A stretch of 64,000 nucleotides of DNA from positions 87,234,001-87,298,000 of the forward strand of contig NC_083279.1 in the NCBI RefSeq assembly GCF_963506605.1. Direction: 5' to 3'. The notes beneath the pieces were generated by a model that was given only the letters and a program-made list of their open reading frames with translations, ran no database searches and was not told where the DNA came from. A program made the translations under genes and the position numbers. How positions within the stretch are numbered: position 1 is the first letter of the stretch; each line of letters opens with the position of its first letter. This document shows, one piece after another, positions 1 to 10,400 of this stretch. This DNA comes from Zootoca vivipara (lineage: Eukaryota).

Positions 1-98
1 TCCTAGGATTCCTGAATGCAGCCTTTCAGTCTGATGAAGGAAGTATTTCTAAGCTGAAAGTTTCTAGCAAAACTCAGTTTTGACCTTTCCCTTTGTAG

Positions 99-2702
99 GG
101 ACAATTATTTGTTTAACCAGACAACCTGGAGCGTCTGCAAAAAACCCGAAAATATCATCCTTTGGAACATTGTGTTGTTTTCCCTCCTGCTGGCAATCGG
201 CATGGCTGAAGCCATCCTCTGCCTCATTCAAGTGGTCAACAGTCTCATTGGCTTCATATGTGGCTTGAGGGAAAGAAAGGTGAGTGCATGAGAGAAAATT
301 GGGGTGTGCACTTCAGATCTTCCCGCCTCCAATAAAGTGTAGCAGTACAGGGGAAGAGAGAAGAAAAGGCAACACAAGCAGCATTACGGGGCATTGAATA
401 AATTCCTTATAAAGACAATTGTGCGAATGAGGTCTAGAAAACCATGAGTTGTGTTTGAGAGAATGAACGGGGAGCTTTATCCTTGGTTTATGAAGGAGTG
501 CAACTGGTTGGCCATTTTGTATTTGGGTTTTAGTTGTGAAACGTTTGCTTTCCACTCAGAGCAGGTATTGGGAACCTTTGGCCCACCTTTGCATGGCTAC
601 CGCTACAGTTGCCCATTTGCATTCAATGTGTCATGGTTGTTGTGTCGTGGGTTTCTTAATACTAGTCATTGAGTGACAACATCTTCATGATAACAGCTCT
701 TTATTTAAGGCAACAAGACAAGACTGACACTGAGGGCAGGGAAGCTACATTTATAGGGACGGGGGACTAGCTAGAAAGGGATACATTTTGGAGGGAACAA
801 TATCAGGCAATCACAGTGCTGCCTTTTGGAGGAAACCAATAAGACAGAGGACCCAAATACAGCAGCTTAAATGAACCAATAGTAGCTGTACTGTTATGTA
901 CTGAGCTGAATCATAGAACAATAGGATCCAGAATCAGCAGTCTGATTGGTCCGCAGGAGCCACCCAATCCAACTCCAGGTGGAAGTGAATCCGCAACCTG
1001 ATTGGCCTGCAGGAGCAGCCAATCAGGCGGCTGGCAGAAGTGAATCCGCAACCTGATTGGCCTGCAGGAGCACCCAATCAGGCGGCTGGCAGAAGTCAAT
1101 CCACAAACTGATTGGCCCACTGGTGTAGCCCTGAAGTAGCCAATCACGCAAAGCCCATTGTGTAAATAATGTATATAAGCAGATGGTTTTGGGAAAAGGG
1201 CATTCTTCTCCTTGATGACTACGAGCTGAATAAAGAGCATGAAATTCACTCTCGACTCCGAGTATATTTCATGTACCTTCTGGAACCAAAAGGCAGTTAC
1301 TTTATCCTAAAGCAAATACAGACAATAATAGTACAGATATAAAATCCTTTGACTCAATACACAACACTTGTATTCCTATTTGGGGGGATCTCAGGCCTCT
1401 AGGTCAACTGTGGCCCTCAGACCTCTCTCTTAGGCCCCAAGGACTCTCCCCAACCTCTCTCCAGGCCTGCCCCTCCTCATCTGTGCTCTAGGCCCTCCTG
1501 ACTGGAATGTGCAGGGCCGTCTTAAACGCCCCTGCCGCTGTGGTGCGCCGGATCTCTCCGGCGCCCTCCCGCCCCGTTTCCCAGCGCGGTGGGCGGGTGG
1601 GCGCAGCGGCGGGCGGGCAGGCAGGCACAGCGCAATCTCTCTGGCGCCCTCCCGCCCCGTTTCCCAGCGCGGTGGGCGGGTGGGCGCAGCTGCGCGGCGG
1701 ACCGGCGGATTGGCCGGCCAGCGGGCGGGCGCAGCTCGCGGTGCCTTTCTGGCGGGCCGGCGCCATGGTGCCCTGCGCCACTGGGGGTCTACCTAGAGCC
1801 GGGCCTGGGAATGTGTCTTTGAACAGTGATAATCCCTCTTGGCTGACTGGCTGGAAGACGGGGGGCGGAAATGGCCTACTGCACAATGATAAAATTGACA
1901 TGGTGGGAAGCAGCAATGCTTCTGAATACCAGTTGCTGAAAACCACAGGAGAAGATTGTGCTATTGTGCTCAAATCTGGTCAGTTTTATTGTATATAGCC
2001 AAAGGCCTTTACAATGGACGACAGGGAATAAAAGGAAAACTTGCTGCCAGCACAAATTTGGCTACCTGGGGTGCAATATATAGATGTTTATCTGCTAGGA
2101 GTTGTGCTCGGATCCTGCTTGTATGCTTCCCACTAGCACCTGACCACTATAAGAACAGGATGCTAGATTAGATGGACCATTGGCCTGATCTGGCCTGCTG
2201 TTACCGTATATAGCGTAGGGTTGCCATATTTCAAAAAGTGAATTCTGAAATAGTTTTTTTAAAGGAAATTCGCCCAAAACCTCCGACATGTGTTGTCATA
2301 CTTCCAGATTTTCCAGGACATTTCAGCGCTTTCAGCCCAGACCCTGCTTCCGACGGCCGAATCCCAGCTATGTCCAGGAATTTCTGGACGTATGGCAACC
2401 CTAATATGGTGGTTCCCCATAGCTTGGGTGCACAACCTGTATCCACCAAAACTGTGTGTTCCGTATTGCAGGCCCAAGTTCATGGAACTCCTTTCAAGTT
2501 AAGGTCAGATATGACTCCTCCCTACTGAACATCTGGGGCCGAGTGAAGACTTTTATTGCTATTTTTACAGCAGACATTTAAACTAAATTCTGAAAAAGTA
2601 AAAGGAAACTATGCTATCTGACTGCGATCTTGACTTATTTTGTTAAGAGAACTCACCCTCCCTTCTTTCGCTTGCTTGCAGACGGATATTGCAGGAATGT
2701 GA
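99..2702 (+). CDS. Transmembrane 4 L six family (TM4SF1-like) gene, last two coding exons (5' part lies outside the window)
   Basis: Exon 99-279 (ctttgtag|, |gtgagt) encodes DNYLFNQTTWSVCKKPENIILWNIVLFSLLLAIGMAEAILCLIQVVNSLIGFICGLRERK, matching the L6-family pattern YL..TWS.C..P..I..WN..LFS.LL..G..E.ILCLIQV.N...G.ICG. Terminal exon 2682-2702 (cttgcag|ACG GAT ATT GCA GGA ATG TGA = TDIAGM*) is in phase 0. AATAAA at 3003-3008. Exact paralog not determinable. Confidence 0.85.
638..1366 (-). mobile_element. Solo LTR-like element (outer), interrupted by a nested LTR
   Basis: 8-bp inverted termini TGTTGTGT (638) ... ACACAACA (1366). Minus-strand TATAAA (750-755) and AATAAA (700-705), several CCAAT boxes. 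TSD degenerate (ATGGT/CTTGT). Confidence 0.6.
892..1271 (+). mobile_element. Solo LTR (inner, sense orientation)
   Basis: TG...CA ends with perfect 5-bp TSD TGTAC (887-891, 1272-1276). 55-bp tandem repeats with CCAAT/ATTGG boxes (982-1117), TATATAA 1172-1178, AATAAA 1229-1234. Confidence 0.85.
1512..1807. mobile_element. GC-rich non-autonomous hAT-type element
   Basis: CAGGG...CCTG termini, 8-bp TSD GGAATGTG (1504-1511, 1808-1815), internal ~55-bp direct repeat. Confidence 0.75.
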
Positions 2703-3273
2703 CCGACCTATGGAGAAGACAAAGGACAAGCAACCAACAGCCAACATGTGTAAAGTCAGGGTAGTGTGTGTTGTATATTTATAGCCGAGGTGGGGAGCCT
2801 GGGGCCCTCAAGATATTGCTGGACTCCCAAATCCCACCAGCTCCAACCAGCATGGCCAATGGTCAGGAATCATGCAAGTTGCATTTAACCTGGGAATATC
2901 TGGAGTGTCACAGGTTCCCCACCCCAGATTTATAGCAACCAGAAACACAGCGGATTCTTACAACCAAAAAAAGAATCCCAAAATGTTCTTTCTTTCTTTT
3001 TCAATAAAGTGAAACACTATATAGGTAGGGGAAAAGGTTGTGTGTAATTTATTTAGGACTTTTCTGAGATTATACTAGATGGACCATTGGCCTGATCCTG
3101 GAGCCTATCCTTATGTTCTTGTGTTTCATTTATACCATCTCCCTTTTGAAAGCAAGCAAAGGACAGGTGAGTGTCCTGCCCCCCCCCAACATAAATCCAT
3201 TGGCTTTTAGCAAATAAATTATGCTGTTCGATTCAGACATATTCCCGTGTCATGTGGAATAGCAAAATGAATA

Positions 3274-3558
3274 CAGTGGTGCCTCGCAAGACGAATTTAA
3301 TTCGTTCCGCGAGTCAATTCGTTCTACGAAAAATTCGTCTTGCGAATCATGGTTTCGCATAGGAATGCATTGAAACTTCTTTTTTTGCCCATAGGAACGC
3401 ATTAATTAAATTTCAATGCATTCCTATGGGAAACCGCGATTCGCAAGACGATTTTTTTGCAAAACGAATTCGTCTTGCCAGTCACCATCAGATCGCAAGA
3501 TGCATTCGTTTTGCAAAAAATTCGTCTTGCAGGGCATTCATCCTGCGAGGTACCACTG
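3274..3558. mobile_element. Tc1/mariner (Tigger-like) MITE
   Basis: TIR CAGTGGTGCCTCGCA...TGCGAGGTACCACTG flanked by TA. Related copy at 41944-42231. Confidence 0.8.
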
Positions 3559-3690
3559 TAAAAGGCCCTTTACGCTGCTGGGTGCAATACAAAGAGAAGC
3601 CAAAGTGCCCCAGCAATATTTAATCTTCTGTCCCACATGCAGATTCTACAGCTATTATTATAAATGAGCTAATTTTTGTATACTACCCAT

Positions 3691-3860
3691 NNNNNNNNNN
3701 NNNNNNNNNNNNNNNNNNNNNNNNNNNNNNNNNNNNNNNNNNNNNNNNNNNNNNNNNNNNNNNNNNNNNNNNNNNNNNNNNNNNNNNNNNNNNNNNNNNN
3801 NNNNNNNNNNNNNNNNNNNNNNNNNNNNNNNNNNNNNNNNNNNNNNNNNNNNNNNNNNNN
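3691..3860. other. Assembly gap (170 N)
   Basis: Run of N. Confidence 1.
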
Positions 3861-4850
3861 AATCAGTACGCCTCTGAATTGCTAGAAACCCCAAGTGGGG
3901 TTAAGTGCAGTTGGACCCATGTCTTGCTTGCAGGCTTCCCATAGGCTTCTGGTTGGCCACTGTGAGATCAGGGTGCTTCACTTGACAGTAGAGGTTCTTA
4001 TGTTCTTAGTTGCCCGAGATTAAATCCCAGGAAAGAGAGAGACTGAGATTGATGTTTATGGTGTCTAGAATGGACAAGCAAATATTCTGAAACCTTTCAA
4101 TTTACCTTGTTTTAGAGACGTGCGCATTTAAACCAGTCTTGTTTCTTATCTGTGCTTCCATCTGTATCATGTCTTGCCTGTAAATATTAAATGTTGTTGC
4201 ATTATTGTTTGAGGCATGCTTCTTTTATTAGCTGGAAGAATGATTGGCTGAAAAGAGGCTGCATGGCAGAGTCCACTCAGGCAGGCTTGAAAAGTCCACA
4301 TGTATCCAGTCTTGAAAACCTCATTTTGCTTCATATCTATTTGCTGCAGGGCATCCTTCTTCAAAGGAGATGAACATCTTGAATTTTGTATTCCTAAACA
4401 GTGGCAATGTAGGTTAGGCTGAGAGTAGAGATTGGTGATTTCATTTTTCCAATCTCTAATTCACTTCTTCATGTTTCTACATCAGTTTGCAAATTCTTCC
4501 TTTTTAAAGTCTTCGGGAAGATTCATAATCATTTTAGTGTGAATTGGCACATTTTTTCTGCAGTTTTGCCCAATGTACACATTTCTTGCAATGCATTTTT
4601 GTACCTTGTTTTCACTAATATACACTTTGCCCTAGTACATACATTTGCATACACATTCCTTGGTTGGAGAAGTGCACTGCAAAATTCAATTCAGAAAAGT
4701 GCTAAATGCAAAGGATGGGCATGTTTTGGTTTGCATCTTGTTTTGTGAATTAGGCAAGTGTGAATTGCATAAGTTCACCTTTAAATGTGAACTGGATCAA
4801 ATTCCAGTTCCCTAGATGAAAGACATTGACTTGCACAAGGCCATCCAAAT

Positions 4851-5101
4851 CATGGGTTGGCAACCTAAGGCCTGGGGGCTGGTTCCGGCCCAATCGCCTT
4901 CTTAATCCGGCCCGTGGACGGTCCGGGAATCAGCGTGTTTTTACATGAGTAGAATGTGTGCTTTTATTTAAAATGCACCTCTGGGATATTTGTGGGGCAT
5001 AGGAATTCGTTCATTTTTTCCTTCAAAATATAGTCCGGCACCCCACAAGGTCTGAGGGACAGTGGACCGGCCCCCCTGCTGAAAACGTTTGCTGATCTCT
5101 G
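4851..5101. mobile_element. hAT-type MITE (same family as 9297-9545, opposite orientation)
   Basis: Reverse-complement similarity to 9297-9545. Degenerate 8-bp TSD ATCCAAAT/TTACAAAT. Confidence 0.7.
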
Positions 5102-5548
5102 TTACAAATGCTTGAGATCTTCCCTCTCCCTTTCTTTCTCTTGTAATCCCCCCCCCCAATTCCAAAGTACCTTCCTTCTAAGTTTAAATGTACATTATTT
5201 ATTTGTATCCACTCTTCTTAGCAACGAGGAAGAAATTCAGTTCGGTTCACAAACCTACCTGATTTGTACTTCCCAAAACAAGATACAAACGGGAATGCAG
5301 CAAAATCCACACGTCTCTGAATTCTGCAGTGCAACTCTCCAATGCTGAAAGTAACATTAAAATGCATCGTATATGGGAGAAATGGTTTGCAACAATGTGT
5401 AGGAGAAATGTGCTCTAAAATGGAATATAGGACACTGCCTTGCACCAAGATAGATCACCATATCTCAGGATTTCCTACAGTCATTGGCAGTGGATCTCCA
5501 GGGCTTCAGACAGGAGTCTCTCCCAACTTTGTCAGCAGATGCCAGGAG

Positions 5549-5868
5549 CATAGCTGCCAAGTCTCCCATATTCCCCGGGAAACCCCTGTTTTTCCAGCCG
5601 TTTCCCGCTGGCAGCCTGGATTTAAAAAAAACCCTGTGAATCCCCTGGATTCTTACTGGCCTGGGGAGGCTCCTTCTGCACATGTCTGGAGTCTCTGGAC
5701 ATGCGCAGAAGCAATTTCTGGCACGGTGGCCATTTTGGAAATGGGCATAGCATGTGTAGAAGCAACTTCTGGTGTCGCTCTACCCAGTTCCAAAATGGCC
5801 GCAGCACAACTTCTGGTTCCGCGCAGCTGCCGATCCCGGATTTTTCAGTCTGGAAGTTGGCACCTATG
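5549..5868. mobile_element. hAT-type MITE, CATAGCTGCCAAG family
   Basis: TIR CATAGCTGCCAAGT...AGTTGGCACCTATG, 8-bp TSD GCCAGGAG (5541-5548, 5869-5876). Confidence 0.8.
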
Positions 5869-6199
5869 GCCAGGAGCTGAACCTGGGACCTTCTGCATAA
5901 GGGGTGGCCCAGGATGTTTTGCTACTGTAAGCAAAACATCCCCCCTCCTGCTGCTGCCCACAGATTCAGGCCCCCTCCCTGCCCCCGCTGTCGCCTCTGT
6001 GTGCCACCTTGCCACCACAACTACCACAGAACACAACACCTTATAATATGATCATGGGGCATCCAGAAAGTATAGCACAAGGACACAAATCATTCCCAAA
6101 GTATAATTGCAAACTAGCCTCTTGCATAAAATGTACCTTAAGGATGCCTACAAACTCAATGAGAGGTGTGAGCTTGCTTTTGCCAGGTAATCTCATTTA

Positions 6200-6970
6200 C
6201 CGCGTTTCCCCATGTATAAGACGAGGTTATTTTATTTTTAATTCATGCTAAAAAAAATTGGGTCGTCTTATACATGGGACCCAGGTGGCGCTGTGGTTAA
6301 ACCACTGAGCCTAGGGCTTGCTGATCAGAAGGTCGGCGGTTCGAATCCCTGTGACGGGGTGAGCTCCCGTTGCTTGGTCCCAGCTCCTGCCAACCTAGCA
6401 GTTCGAAAGCACGTCAAAATGCAAGTAGATAAATAGGAACCGCTACAGCGGGAAGGTAAACGGCGTTTCCATGTGCTGCTCTGGTTTGCCAGAAGCGGCT
6501 TTGTCATGCTGGCCACATGATCTGGAAGCTGTACGCCGGCTCCCTCGGCCAATAATGCGAGATGAGCGCACAACCCCAGAGTCGGTCACGACTGGACCTA
6601 ATGGTCAGGGGTCCCTTTACCACATGGGTAGTGGAGAGGTGGGATGGGGGTTTGGTGCCTGCCGCAAGCAGGAGATTGTCAGTGGCATATTTGCGGGTGA
6701 TTGGTCGGTGCGGCAAGTTCTGCAGGCTATTGGCTGCTGTGGCAATAGGGTGGGTGCTGTGCTGTGCTGTGCTTGCGTGCCAAAGATTGGTGGCTTCGTC
6801 GATGTGCGTGCGATTGGCTGTGGCGGTCCTGCAGGTGAGCGATTTTCAGCAGCCCCCCCCAAAAAAGCTCAATAGCTCTGGGCAATCTCCCCCCATTTTC
6901 TCAATTTGAAGTCCCCCAAAAGAGGGGGTGTCTTATACATACACGACATGTTATACATGGATAAGTACGG
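6200..6970. mobile_element. TcMar/pogo-like non-autonomous element hosting a Sauria SINE
   Basis: TA|CCGCGTTTCCCCATGTATAA...TTATACATGGATAAGTACGG|TA imperfect TIRs. Confidence 0.65.
6279..6621 (+). mobile_element. Sauria SINE
   Basis: tRNA-like head (GGTGGCGCTGTGG A box, GGTTCGAATCC B box), tail ending GGGGTCCCTTTACC, TSD ACATGGG (6272-6278, 6622-6628). Confidence 0.9.
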
Positions 6971-7485
6971 TATGTTAGGTCCAATGTGAGACAAACTCTC
7001 ATCTCATCAACTCAAATAAACATTTCTCTTTTCTGATCTTGATAGTATTCTGTGCTATACTAGACGGACACGTTTAAAAGTCGTTTGATTGTCGTTGAAT
7101 CTTCCTGCCACGCTTGCCATCCAGTGTGATGTGCAACACCCTTTAAGAACCACTGCTCCAAGACCTCACTTGGTATCCACAATGCCTATGCTGCATCTTT
7201 TTTGTTTGTTCCATTAATCTCTCATTTTCCCCCCAGTATTAAAGGACACACCAGTAGAGATTGTTTTGTCTGTTGAGAGAGAGAGATAGGCGGGGTCCTA
7301 TTCCTTGACTACAACGTCATAAACTGCTCGGCTCCCACTTTGCGCACACCCCAGTTTAGTCCTTCAGACAGCAAAGGTTCGCCAGTGGAAGAGTTTGCAG
7401 AAGGTACGTCTGACAAGACACGGGCGTTTGCTGCTTGAACTTGGCTCCACTGCCAGAAACTCACAGCTCCTGATAGCTGGAGAAG

Positions 7486-10400
7486 ATGGCTTTGAGCACA
7501 AGTGGCTCGGTGGCCCTGGTTGCTTTTTATGCTGTTACTTTAGCAACTGGAATATGGGCTTCCTGGAAAGCCAAGAAGCTCAAGAGCAGGAAGCCCAGTG
7601 AAGTGGCCATGGTGGGAAACAGGAAAATGGGTTTTTGCCTTGGACTGTTCACCGCTACCGGTAAGTACCAATTTCCCAAAACCAAGGAGGTTGTGGACTC
7701 TCCTTCTGTGGAGGTTTCTAAGCAGAGGTTGGATGGCCATCTGTCATGGATGCTTTAGTTGAGATCCCTGCATTGCAAGGGGTTGGATTATATGATCCTT
7801 GAGGTCCCTTCAAACTTACAATTCTAATGACTCATGGTGTGAGGCATCATGGTGTTATAGGATTCCCAATTTTTAAAAGGAACTAACATGATATCAAGGC
7901 AGAGTCTAGAAATGTGGTTGGGTGATTAAGGACCCCGGGAAAATGCCAAAATTCAGAAGGGGAAAGTCAGAGTTTTCGTGTTTGTGTGTGCATTTTTGTG
8001 TCTGTGGCCTTTCCTAGCTTTAACGGGGAGATGCCGGGGATTAAACATGAGACCTTTTGAATGCAAAGGGAGTGTTCTACCACTGAACTACTGCATCTGA
8101 GTCTTAGGTCTAGAAGTTTTGCAGCAGATTTTATTTTAAAGCACTTCTTTCCCCAGGTTATTTATTTATTTATTTATATTTTAAAGTCCCCCCCCAGTTA
8201 TACAAAATAGTGAAAAAAGAAAGAAGGTTCAAATATACTAATATAGCAGGTTTTTATTTTATTTTAAAGCACTTCTTTTCCAAAGTTTATTTATTTATTT
8301 ATTAATATTTTAAAGTTTTTCAGTTATACAAAAAATTATACACACACACACACACCGTATATATATATATATATATCTTATATGCATATATGTTTATTAA
8401 TAACCTGCTATATTCTGTACACACTTGTTCCAAATATCAATATGTCTATCCAAACAAAGCCGGCATCTATAATCAATCTATTCATATGTTGCAAGTGCTG
8501 TCGTGTCTTCAATCCATTGATTAAAGAGGGCCAGATTTTTGTTTTTCAAATTCATCAATATCAGTCTTTTGGGCATACTTAGAGCATGTAGAAACCGTTT
8601 TCGTTGTCCAGATGTCAACTTCCATATAATAAGTGTATAATTCAAAAGAATATTTCCCTCTGAATATTTTAAGTTTTTCCTTACAGTTGTATTTATACAG
8701 TTCAACCCTTTCACCCAAAACATAGTGGGAACAGGACAATGTAAGAACACATGTTTCCAAGAGGCATTATCCTCCAACAAGGAGCTGCATCCGACAGTCC
8801 TTTTCTATACAAAAGTAATGGAGTCCAATAGATTCTAAATATTGTTTTCTGTTGTGTAAGCCTTAGTTTAGAGGGACCCAGGTGGCGCTGTGGTTAAACC
8901 ACTGAGCCTAGGGATTGCTGATCAGAAGGTCGGCGGTTCGAATCCCTGTGACGGGGTGAGCTCCCGTTGCTTGGTCCCAGCTCCTGCCAACCTAGCAGTT
9001 CGAAAGCACATCAAAATGCAAGTAGATAAATAGGAACCGCTACAGCGGGAAGGTAAACGGCGTTTCCATGTGCTGCTCTGGTTTGCCAGAAACAGCTTTG
9101 TCATGCTGGCCACATGACCTGGAAGCTATACGCCGGCTCCCTCGGCCAATAATGCGAGATGAGCGCGCAACCCCAGAGTCGGTCACGACTGGACCTAATG
9201 GTCAGGGGTCCCTTTACCTTTTTACCTTTAAGCCTTAGTTTAAGATCCATCAATGCCTTTGCTATGGAAGCTAAAACACTCTCACACTGTCTAGCTCAGG
9301 GGTCAGCAAACTTTTTCAGCAGGGGGCCGGTCCACTGTCCCTCAGACCTTGTGGGGGGCCGGACTATATTTTGAAAAAAATATGAACGAATTCCTATGCC
9401 TCACAAATAACCCAGAGATGCATTTTAAATAAAAGGACACATTCTACTCATGTAAAAACATGCTGATTCCTGGACCGTCCACGGGCAGGATTTAGAAGGT
9501 GATTGGGCCGCATCCGGCCCCCGGGCCTTAGTTTGGGGACCCCTGGTCTAGCTGGTATAGGAACATCCAAATCTTTCCCCGCAATTGTTTCTTACAGTCT
9601 GCATATCAAACTTATTTATTAATAACAAAAATCTATAAAAAGTAATTGCCGGGTTTTTTGTTTCAGAAGATTTGGACAACTGTTCTAATACCTTCTGGTG
9701 TCTCAGAGGCTGAAAAGGCAGCCCAGGCAAACCCTGTTGTTGCTTTTTTAAATTAGTTTTTATTAAAGATTTTCTTGTGCTACGAAACAAACGGGGGGGA
9801 AAGTACATATTTTGTCTGCAGTTTCAATTCATAGTCTTTTTTGCAATTTGTTTACATGTAGTGAGAGACATTTTTGTTATGGACATCTTGCGATTGGGGG
9901 GAAATAGAAGGGGGAGGGAGGGAGAGATGGGGGTGTTGTTCTTTGTCACAAGACTTTGTAGCTGCAGATATTGCTATTGGAATGCATCTGACGGGTGGTA
10001 ATGATCTCGTAAAACACTTAACGTATAAAATTCGTCTTCCTCATCTATCAGTTGATCCACAGTCATTATGCCGCTTCCATCCAGTGTTTCCATACATGCC
10101 ACCTTTTTCCCAATTTTAAAAATGGGGTTCCCCACAAAGGCAATTTAGCGTGGATCAAATCTGTTTTTTGTTCGGCATTATATTCCATATCTTTCTAACT
10201 GACTTAATTGTGTCAAGAGTTTCCTTAATTTTCAAAAACTGTATTTTGATCTTAATATCGTCCAACCAACCAAAGGTGCCGTTAATGCAGATTCTCATGT
10301 GGCCACTTCTTTTCCAAAGTCAATAAATAAATAAAACCTCTCGTCAGTCTGAAAGAGAAAATATTGCAAAAGAGGTTTTCATTGCCAGGGATTGAGACCT

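Noticed and set aside
982-1117. Regularly spaced 55-bp repeats resembling a CRISPR array
   Set aside because: Contiguous tandem repeats without unique spacers, inside a eukaryotic LTR.
1488-1998. Overlapping 161/163-aa ORFs and apparent CpG island
   Set aside because: Explained by a GC-rich hAT element with an 8-bp TSD.
3658-3894. ORFs full of X
   Set aside because: Artefacts of the N gap.
5342-6046. 234-aa ORF
   Set aside because: Runs through a hAT MITE and other repeat fragments, with no recognisable domain or splice context.
6279-6350. tRNA-like A/B boxes (also near 8880, 30980 and 59230)
   Set aside because: These are Sauria SINE heads, not tRNA genes.
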